A stretch of 16,404 bases of DNA from a bacterium (GTDB taxonomy: Bacteria > RBG-13-61-14 > DATKZS01): NCBI GenBank assembly GCA_046484135.1, contig JAWOBU010000070.1, positions 1-16,404 on the forward strand, read 5' to 3'. Below, piece after piece: positions 1 through 6,889 of the stretch. The first letter of the stretch is position 1. The number at the start of each line of letters is the position of its first letter. A program made the translations under genes and the position numbers. Below the pieces are notes generated by a model. That model did no database searches. It was not told the DNA's origin and saw only the letters and a program-made list of their open reading frames with translations.

Positions 1-1
1 C

Positions 2-922
2 GGCGCCTGCTATGCAGTGGCTTCGGGCGCCTACGACATCTGCCTGGCCCTGGGCGTTGAAAAGTTAAAGGACACCGGCTACGGCGGACTTCCCGAACAG
101 GGCAGCAACGCCGGGCCCAGCCGGTTTTTACAAATGCCCAACATTACGGCGCCCGGCAGCTTCGCCCAGCTTGCCTCCGCATACCGGGCGCGACACGGCA
201 TTAACCGGGACGACCTCAAAGAGGCGCTGGCCCATGTTTCCGCCAAAAGCCACAAGAACGGCACGCTGAACCCCAAAGCCCACCTGCGAAAAGAAATATC
301 GGTGGAACAGATCAAGGCCGCGCCCATAGTGGCCGACCCCTTGGGCCTGTGCGACTGCTGCGGCGTGTCCGACGGCGCCGCCTGCGCCATTGTCACCACC
401 CCCGAGATCGCCCGCGACATGGGCAAAAAAGACCTGGTCTCCGTAAAGGCGCTCCAGCTTGCCCTCTCCAACGGATACGAGTCTTCCTTCAACGAATGGC
501 AGGGAGACCACTTTGTGACAACGGACAAGTGCTCGACCTGGGCCTATGAAGAAGCGGGTATCGAAAACCCCCGCGAAGAGATCAGCATGATGGAGGTCCA
601 CGATTGCTTCTCCATCACCGAGCTGGTCACCATGGAAGACCTGCATATATCGCCCCGCGGCGGCGCCATAAAGGACGTGCTGGACGGGTTCTTCAACCTG
701 GACGGGGGAGTGCCCTGCCAGGTGGACGGAGGACTAAAATGCTTCGGACACCCCATCGGCGCCTCCGGCCTGCGCATGATATACGAGATGTACCTCCAGC
801 TCCAGGGAAGAGCCGACCAAAGACAGCTCGACAACCCCCGGTTCGGACTGACCCATAACCTGGGAGGATTCCCCTTCATGAACGTCTGCTCCATAGCTAT
901 CGTGGGAAAGCACGGGGAGTGA
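2..922 (+). CDS. Thiolase family protein (acetyl-CoA acetyltransferase, SCP2/SCP-x type), 5'-truncated
   Basis: Frame is open from position 2 (GACYAVASG...). Motifs GVEKL, DCCGVSDGAA, EVHDCF, GGLKCFGHPIGASG and HNLGG are typical of SCP2-type thiolases. The N-terminal catalytic Cys region lies outside the window. Confidence 0.92.
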   Translation, partial: GACYAVASGAYDICLALGVEKLKDTGYGGLPEQGSNAGPSRFLQMPNITAPGSFAQLASAYRARHGINRDDLKEALAHVSAKSHKNGTLNPKAHLRKEISVEQIKAAPIVADPLGLCDCCGVSDGAACAIVTTPEIARDMGKKDLVSVKALQLALSNGYESSFNEWQGDHFVTTDKCSTWAYEEAGIENPREEISMMEVHDCFSITELVTMEDLHISPRGGAIKDVLDGFFNLDGGVPCQVDGGLKCFGHPIGASGLRMIYEMYLQLQGRADQRQLDNPRFGLTHNLGGFPFMNVCSIAIVGKHGE

Positions 923-964
923 AAACCGGAGAGCACGATCAGTAAAAGATAAAACAACAAAGAT

Positions 965-986
965 GAGCGAGCGACTTCAGTCGCGA
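965..986 (+). repeat. REP-like palindrome, copy 1 (GAGCGAGCGACTTCAGTCGCGA)
   Basis: Stem GCGAC/GTCGC with TTCA loop; 21/22 identical to the copy at 2754-2775 (minus strand); intergenic. Confidence 0.8.
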
Positions 987-1113
987 TTCCCGCGTTCGCT
1001 TGAAAGCTCTAATCACCTTCCGCGCCATCGCGCCTCAGCGTGAGAAAAGCCTTTCCCCCGCCTCCGGTTTGAGTTAGAATAGTCCTGACATGCCGGGAAA
1101 GGAGGAGCGACAA

Positions 1114-1524
1114 ATGAAAGAACTGGTATTAAAGACGCTGATCCTGGCTTTTTTGGCGGGCTTGTTTTTGGCGGGCTGCCCGAATAAGCAAAAGGAGCTT
1201 TTCGAGCGGAAGCAGACTTTGCGGGAAGCGGTGAAGGGTTATAACGAGTGCTTTTTCTGGCGGGACTTTGACAAAGCCTCCCGGTACGTTCTGCCGGAGA
1301 AGCGAAACGACTTCTTAGCGGCCACCGAGGAGCTCCGGCGGGGCTACACCCTGGACGATTACCGCATCATGAAGATCAAGCTCGGTCCGTCCGGAGAGAT
1401 GGCCCTGGTGGACGTAAAGAGAAAGTATATAAAGGCTCCTTCGGTAACGCTCCAGGATGAGACCATCTCTCAGAAGTGGGTCATGAAGCAGTCGGCCTGG
1501 TACCTCTCCGGACCGCCCTATTGA
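1114..1524 (+). CDS. Hypothetical lipoprotein
   Basis: AGGAGG Shine-Dalgarno at 1100-1105 favours the ATG at 1114 over 1090. Signal peptide MKELVLKTLILAFLAGLFLAG-C ends in a canonical LAGC lipobox. Confidence 0.85.
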   Translation: MKELVLKTLILAFLAGLFLAGCPNKQKELFERKQTLREAVKGYNECFFWRDFDKASRYVLPEKRNDFLAATEELRRGYTLDDYRIMKIKLGPSGEMALVDVKRKYIKAPSVTLQDETISQKWVMKQSAWYLSGPPY

Positions 1525-1528
1525 CAGG

Positions 1529-2683
1529 ATGACAATTCATGATAACCGGGTGCTCATGGTGGCGGGCGAGGCTTCCGCGGACGCCCATGCCGCGGCGTTG
1601 CTCGGCGAGCTCCGGAAGCTGAATCCCAAGGTCGAGGCCTTCGGGCTGGGCGGCTCGCGGCTCCGGGAGGCGGGTTGCGAGCTTTTCCTGGATTTCTCCC
1701 AGGCCGCAGTGGTCGGCATAACCGAGGTACTGCCCCAGACCGGGACCTATATATCAGCCTACCGGTCCCTTATAAAAGAGATAAAACAAAGACCGCCCCG
1801 GGCCGCGGTGCTCCTTGACATGCCCGACTTCAACATCTTTCTGGCCGGAAGAATCAAAAGGATATCTCCCCCCACCCGGATCATCTATTACATAAGCCCA
1901 CAGGTGTGGGCGTGGCGGCCCGGCCGGGTCCGAAAGATCGCGGCGCGGGCGGACACCATGCTGGTGCTCTTCGACTTCGAGGAGAAGCTCTACAAGAAAG
2001 CGGGCATGGACGCGGAGTTCGTGGGCCACCCCTTGCGGGACACCATCGCGGCGTCAGCCTCGGCGGACGAGCTTAGAGAGGAGTTCGAGCTCGGCTCCGA
2101 AGAGCGGGTCATAGCGCTACTTCCGGGCAGCCGGACCGCGGAGGTCAACAGATACCTTCCGGCCATGGCCGAGGCTGTTGCTGAGCTCGATGACTCCTCC
2201 GTGAACGTGGCCTTTCTCTTGGCCAGGGCGCCCGGTCTTCCGGACGACATGATAAAAAGGATGCTGGGTCAAGCCGCGGGCAGGGTCCGGATCGAAAGCG
2301 GCAGGACCTACGACGTGCTCGAGGCCTCAGATATGGCAGTGGTGGCCAGCGGCACCGCCACCCTCGAGACAGCCATCATGGAAAAGCCCATGGTGGTGCT
2401 CGCGGCAGTGTCCCGGCTGTCCTATGAGATCGGCATCAGGATGGTCAACATTCCCCGCTACAGTCTTCCCAACGTGATCGCCGGTCGTGAGCTCGTGCCC
2501 GAGCTGGTGCAAAACGAGGTGAACGGCAGGGAGCTGGCCCGCCGGATCAGGGACATGCTTGAACATCCGGAAAGATTAGAGACAATAAAAAAGGAGCTCA
2601 GGCTGGTCAAACAGTCGCTGGGTCCGGGCGGCGCTTCCGCCCGCACCGCCCGCGCCGTGTACCGGCGGTTGTGGCAAAGGTGA
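1529..2683 (+). CDS. lpxB: Lipid-A-disaccharide synthase
   Basis: 384 aa with LpxB motifs VAGEASAD, DMPDFN, YYISPQVWAWR, FVGHPL, LLPGSR, ASGTATLE, SLPNVIA and PELVQ. Confidence 0.97.
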   Translation: MTIHDNRVLMVAGEASADAHAAALLGELRKLNPKVEAFGLGGSRLREAGCELFLDFSQAAVVGITEVLPQTGTYISAYRSLIKEIKQRPPRAAVLLDMPDFNIFLAGRIKRISPPTRIIYYISPQVWAWRPGRVRKIAARADTMLVLFDFEEKLYKKAGMDAEFVGHPLRDTIAASASADELREEFELGSEERVIALLPGSRTAEVNRYLPAMAEAVAELDDSSVNVAFLLARAPGLPDDMIKRMLGQAAGRVRIESGRTYDVLEASDMAVVASGTATLETAIMEKPMVVLAAVSRLSYEIGIRMVNIPRYSLPNVIAGRELVPELVQNEVNGRELARRIRDMLEHPERLETIKKELRLVKQSLGPGGASARTARAVYRRLWQR

Positions 2684-2753
2684 GGATATGATCACCCCGG
2701 AAGAGAAGCGGATCGGTGCATGAAAGTCAGCGGGCGAAGCAAGAGAGTTCAAC

Positions 2754-2775
2754 TCGCGACTGAAGTCGCTCGCAC
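2754..2775 (-). repeat. REP-like palindrome, copy 2 (GTGCGAGCGACTTCAGTCGCGA)
   Basis: Reverse complement of 2754-2775 matches copies 1 and 3; lies between lpxB and the M16 gene. Confidence 0.8.
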
Positions 2776-2855
2776 TAGTTGGCAGAGTATAAAAGAAACT
2801 CCGTGAACGGGGAACAGTCCGCTTTCGGCGGAGTTTAAGTAAAAAGGGAGGAGAG

Positions 2856-5729
2856 ATGAAGCGCAGTGCTCCTAAAGCGGTAATAACGGCGTGTTTTTTC
2901 GTGGCGCTCCTGACTACGGGATGCGCAGAGCTCATGGAGAAGTTTGAAAAGGCCCTGGATAAAACCCAGGAGACCGAGTCCCGGGAACCAGGCCAGGCCA
3001 GGAAAGGAAGCCCTGAAAAAGTGAAGAAAGTACTGGACAATGGATTGACGGTGGTGGTGCAGGAGTCTTACGGCGCTCCGGTGACCTCGGTGCAGGTGTG
3101 GGTAAAGGCCGGCTCCGCGGACGAGCAAAAGGAGGAAGCAGGCATCGCCCATTTGATCGAGCACATGATGTTCAAGGGCACCAGGAAGCGCGGCGTGGGC
3201 GAGACCGCCCGCGAGGTCGAGTCCTTGGGAGGCGACATGAACGCCTTTACCAGCTACGACCAGACGGTGTATTACATAACCATAGCGAGCCGCTTTTCGG
3301 ACGAGGCAGTCGAGATACTCTCCGACCTGGTTTTGCACCCGGTGTTCGACGAAAAAGAGCTGGACCGGGAGCGGGAGGTCGTCCTTGAAGAAATCCGCCG
3401 CGGCAAGGACAACCCTTCATCCCGCATTTTCAAGTACTGCTTTGCCGAGGCCTACCGCGTCCATCCCTACGGCAGACCGGTCATAGGATATGAAGAGACA
3501 GTAAAAGACTTTGACCGGGAAGATATCCTGGAATTTTACAACCGATACTACACTGCGCCCAACATGACGGTGGTGATATCAGGAGACGTGGTCGCGGAAG
3601 ACGTCATGAAAAAAACGGAGCAGTACTTCGGCGAAGCCCCCTCCAACGAGGCCCCGGCCATGTCGGAGAGGCCCCGCGCAAAGGCCGAGCCGGAACAGAA
3701 AGACCCCCGCGCCGGCATTTTCCGCGAGGACGTCACCGAAAGCTACCTGTACATGGGATTTCACATACCCGAGTTCACCGACCAGGACACCCCCGCCCTG
3801 GACGTACTGTCCGTGCTCTTGGGCGGCGGCGAGAGCTCGCGGCTTCTTTACCGGGTCCGGACCGAGCGGGGGCTGGTGAACCGGATCTGGGCGTACGCCT
3901 ATACCCCCCGCGACGAGGGCATGCTGCTGGTGGGGGCCAACCTGGACGAAGGAAAGGCAGACGACGCCATAAGCATGATCTTAAAACAGCTATACCTGTT
4001 AAAGCACGAGAAGGTGGACGAGTGGGAGCTCGAGAAAGCCAAGCTCACCCTGGAGACGGATGCCATCTACTCCCGCGAGACAGTGCAGGGCCAGGCCAGA
4101 AGGACCGGCTTCTTCTACGTGTTAAGCGATGACTTCGAGTTCGAAAAAAAGTACCTGGAAGCCGTCCGGAACGTAACTGCAAAAGACGTGCGGGAGGTAG
4201 CCAAGAAGTTCATAAAGGGCGAGAACCTTACAGTGGCCGGCATCTTTCCTGACCACAACATCGGCAACTCGGAGGCCGACTCCTCGCCGGCCGGCTTCGA
4301 CGAAAAGGACGTACAAGAGATCATCCAGAAGACGGCCAAGTGGGACAAGTCCTACAGTAAAGGCGACCTTACCGAGCCGCGTCCCATCGAACCGCCCGAG
4401 GTCCCGGAAAAAGAGAAAAAGGCAGACCTTTCCGTGGAAGGAAAAAGCGCCTCTCCGCCGGTCAAGTATGATCTTAAAAACGGGATCCGGCTTATCGTGC
4501 GCGAGAACCCCACCGTTCCCCTGGTGTCGGTGCGAGCCGCTTTCGACGGCGGTCTCCGGCGGGAGACTCCTGACAATAACGGCATCAACAACTTCATAGC
4601 CGAGACCATCACCGAGGGAACAGTACATTACAGCTCTTCGGAGATACACTCGATGATCGAGGCCCGGGGAGGCAGCCTGGAGGGCTTTTCCGGCCGGAAC
4701 ACCACCGGAGTTACCTTGGAGGTCCCGAGCATATTCTTCCGCTCCTGCCTTCCACTTTTCTCGGAGGTCATCCGTTATCCGACCTTTCCGGAGGAAGAGG
4801 TCGAGAGGAAGCGCGGCATCATCATCTCCAGCATCCAGAGCGACGAAGACAAGCCCCGGGTTGTGGCTTTCAAGCTGTTTCGCTCCGAGCTTTTCCGAAA
4901 GCATCCTTACGGCATGGACATGAAAGGCACGAAAGAAAGCGTGAAAGCCCTTTCCCGGCAAAACCTGCTTGACTACTATCAGAACTTCGCGGTGCCCACC
5001 AACCTGGTGATCGCGGTGGTGGGCGACGTTGAGGCCGAAGAGGTAAAAAAGGACTTCGAGGAACTTTTCCAGGACTGGGTGGCTGATCCCTACTCGCCGG
5101 AGCCGGTGCAGGTGGAGTCTCCCCCCCAGGAGCCCAGGCATGCCTCGGTATGCAAGGACGCAAACCAGGCCAACCTGATCATCGGCTTCCAGGGCACCGA
5201 GGTCACTTCATCGGACCGCTACCCCCTCGAATTGCTGGACTCGGTCCTCTCCGGTATGTCCGGAAGGCTCTTTACCGAGCTCAGGGGAAAGCAAAGCCTG
5301 GCTTACGCGGTAACCTCTTTCAGCCAGGAAGGACTCGATCCCGGCTACTTCGGCGTCTACATCGGCACCGCCCCCGGCAAGGAGAAGACGGCGCGGGAAG
5401 GAATCATGGAAGAGCTCCGCGAGGTCCGCCGGACGCCGGCTTCCGAGGACGAGCTGGAGCGGGCCCGGAACGTGCTTATCGGCGACTTTGAAATCCAGCT
5501 TCAGCGCTACCGGAACCAGGCCCTTCAGTATGCCCTGGACGAGCTTTACGGGCTGGGCTTCCGGGCTTCCGAGCATTATCCGCAAAAGATAGAGTCGGTC
5601 TCGGGAAAAGACGTGAAAAGAGTGGCTGAAAAATACCTGGACCCGGACGCGCCCGTAACCGCAGTGGTCAAGCCGTGCGAGCCGCAGGCAAAAGAAAGCG
5701 GCGGCGGGCAGGCCGCCGGTCTCCGTTAG
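2856..5729 (+). CDS. M16 (pitrilysin/insulinase) family zinc peptidase with two fused halves and a predicted lipoprotein signal
   Basis: Inverted zinc motif HLIEH, MNAFTSYDQT and EREVVLEE in the N-half. The C-half has a degenerate motif (NFIAE) and RLFTELRGKQSLAY (R/Y pair). N-terminus ...FFVALLTTG-C. SD GGAGG upstream. Confidence 0.95.
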   Translation: MKRSAPKAVITACFFVALLTTGCAELMEKFEKALDKTQETESREPGQARKGSPEKVKKVLDNGLTVVVQESYGAPVTSVQVWVKAGSADEQKEEAGIAHLIEHMMFKGTRKRGVGETAREVESLGGDMNAFTSYDQTVYYITIASRFSDEAVEILSDLVLHPVFDEKELDREREVVLEEIRRGKDNPSSRIFKYCFAEAYRVHPYGRPVIGYEETVKDFDREDILEFYNRYYTAPNMTVVISGDVVAEDVMKKTEQYFGEAPSNEAPAMSERPRAKAEPEQKDPRAGIFREDVTESYLYMGFHIPEFTDQDTPALDVLSVLLGGGESSRLLYRVRTERGLVNRIWAYAYTPRDEGMLLVGANLDEGKADDAISMILKQLYLLKHEKVDEWELEKAKLTLETDAIYSRETVQGQARRTGFFYVLSDDFEFEKKYLEAVRNVTAKDVREVAKKFIKGENLTVAGIFPDHNIGNSEADSSPAGFDEKDVQEIIQKTAKWDKSYSKGDLTEPRPIEPPEVPEKEKKADLSVEGKSASPPVKYDLKNGIRLIVRENPTVPLVSVRAAFDGGLRRETPDNNGINNFIAETITEGTVHYSSSEIHSMIEARGGSLEGFSGRNTTGVTLEVPSIFFRSCLPLFSEVIRYPTFPEEEVERKRGIIISSIQSDEDKPRVVAFKLFRSELFRKHPYGMDMKGTKESVKALSRQNLLDYYQNFAVPTNLVIAVVGDVEAEEVKKDFEELFQDWVADPYSPEPVQVESPPQEPRHASVCKDANQANLIIGFQGTEVTSSDRYPLELLDSVLSGMSGRLFTELRGKQSLAYAVTSFSQEGLDPGYFGVYIGTAPGKEKTAREGIMEELREVRRTPASEDELERARNVLIGDFEIQLQRYRNQALQYALDELYGLGFRASEHYPQKIESVSGKDVKRVAEKYLDPDAPVTAVVKPCEPQAKESGGGQAAGLR

Positions 5730-5767
5730 TCCTTTGTAGAACGTTTTTTAAGAAACAAGAGAAAGTC

Positions 5768-5789
5768 GTGCGAGCGGCTTTAGCCGCGA
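5768..5789 (+). repeat. REP-like palindrome, copy 3 (GTGCGAGCGGCTTTAGCCGCGA)
   Basis: 19/22 identical to copy 2; two of the differences are a compensatory A-T to G-C change in the stem and the third is in the loop. Confidence 0.8.
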
Positions 5790-5880
5790 GTTTCGCTGTT
5801 TTTCTTGTTCTTCTTTTTCCGTTTGACAAAGCACCAGGCCCGAAAGCGGGCGGTCCCGGCAGGAGAAAGGAGGAGCTTTC

Positions 5881-6684
5881 ATGGCACTGGAAAAAGGGGT
5901 TCTTATCCTGGTGGCCCACGCTGACGACACCGAGTTCCTGGCCGGCGGCACAGTGGCCCGGCTGGCTTCGGAGGGATGCGAGGTGGTCGAGGTCATAGCA
6001 ACGGACAACTCGCGCGGGACCTTCGAGCTTTCCATGGACACCATCATCCCCCAGAGCCGGGAGGAGGCCAGGGGCGCCGCCCGTGTCCTCGGTAAAAAGG
6101 ACGTGGTCTTCCTGGACTACCCGGACGGCATGCTCTCCGACGTTCGGTTGAACGAGCTCCGGGAGAGGTTCATGCGACTTATCCGGCAGTACCGGCCCCG
6201 CACCATCATGACCTTTGATCCGTGGGCCCCTTTCGAGCCGCACCCGGACCACAGGCAGGTGGCCTTTGCCGCGGTCGAGGCCGTAAGCTTCTCTCACTTT
6301 CCCCTCTTCCATCCCGAGCACAAAGACGAGGGGCTCGAGCCGCACCTGGTGGCTGAGCAGTACTTCTTCGCCAAGCACCCCGTACACGCCAACAAGGTGG
6401 TGGACACCACCGCGTTTATCGAAAAGAAGATACAAGCCCTGTGCGAGCACGACTCCCAGATGAAGCTCACTATTGACGACCTCAAAATGAGCCTGGAAGC
6501 CGCGGGAGCGCCCCCCGACACGGTCGCCGGGCTCGACCGTAACAACTACAAGCCACTTCTTGACATGTACGTCAAAGCGAACGACAAACAGGCCGGAGAA
6601 AAAGCGGGATACGAGTACGGAGAAGAGTTCAGGCATGAAATGGCCGGAGGCCCGGTTGCCGCTCTGGCCCGGGGGGAAGAGTAG
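5881..6684 (+). CDS. PIG-L/LmbE family deacetylase
   Basis: AHADDTE (HxDD) metal motif, GGTVA, FLDYPDG, HPDH, KKIQALCEHDSQ and YGEEF; strong AGGAGG SD. Substrate cannot be determined from sequence. Confidence 0.93.
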   Translation: MALEKGVLILVAHADDTEFLAGGTVARLASEGCEVVEVIATDNSRGTFELSMDTIIPQSREEARGAARVLGKKDVVFLDYPDGMLSDVRLNELRERFMRLIRQYRPRTIMTFDPWAPFEPHPDHRQVAFAAVEAVSFSHFPLFHPEHKDEGLEPHLVAEQYFFAKHPVHANKVVDTTAFIEKKIQALCEHDSQMKLTIDDLKMSLEAAGAPPDTVAGLDRNNYKPLLDMYVKANDKQAGEKAGYEYGEEFRHEMAGGPVAALARGEE

Positions 6685-6786
6685 GGAGAAAACTGCTGTT
6701 TTGTCAGCCGGGCCTTTGGCAGAAGTATCGGGTTCGCAAAAGTGTGGCCCAACTCGTTTTTGAACTCTACTTGAACAGAAGGATCA

Positions 6787-6850
6787 GTTGATTTCAAGGG
6801 TGATTGAGCAGTCCGTACGCCTAAAGCCATGTCGCGCCAAGAAAGTCAAC
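6787..6850 (+). promoter_or_regulatory. Candidate monovalent-cation riboswitch aptamer (Na+ DUF1646-like or Li+ nhaA-I-like)
   Basis: Outer stem GTTGATTTC (6787-6795) / GAAAGTCAAC (6841-6850) encloses GGGTGAT (6798-6804) and GTCGCGCC (6831-6838), which can pair. It lies about 40 nt upstream of a cation P-type ATPase start. Resemblance to the family consensus is from memory, not from a covariance search. Confidence 0.55.
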
Positions 6851-6889
6851 AGTTGGGGATGGTGTTCCCCGAACTTATAGGGAGTGAAC

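Noticed and set aside
1090..1113. Upstream ATG for the lipoprotein
   Set aside because: The strong SD lies inside this extension, and the signal peptide fits a start at 1114.
4122..5141. 339-aa antisense ORF, and similar ones at 5668-6636, 8650-9327, 9934-10788 and 12094-12837
   Set aside because: They lie opposite well-supported genes, have no recognisable motifs, and are expected shadows of GC-rich codon usage.
965..5789. Palindromic repeats interpreted as a CRISPR array or integron attC sites
   Set aside because: The copies are kilobases apart, in mixed orientation and only 22 nt long, separated by housekeeping genes. There are no spacers, cas genes, integrase or attC R/L box structure.
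5823..5851. TTGACA and a GCCCG-AAAG-CGGGC hairpin upstream of the PIG-L gene
   Set aside because: There is no -10 box at a suitable distance and the hairpin has no U-tract; too little support for a promoter, terminator or riboswitch.
6787..6880. yybP-ykoY (Mn2+) or M-box riboswitch, the usual leaders of P-type ATPases
   Set aside because: The GGGGAGUAGC and CGUCAA / GAGACC hallmarks of yybP-ykoY are not present, and the element is too short for an M-box.
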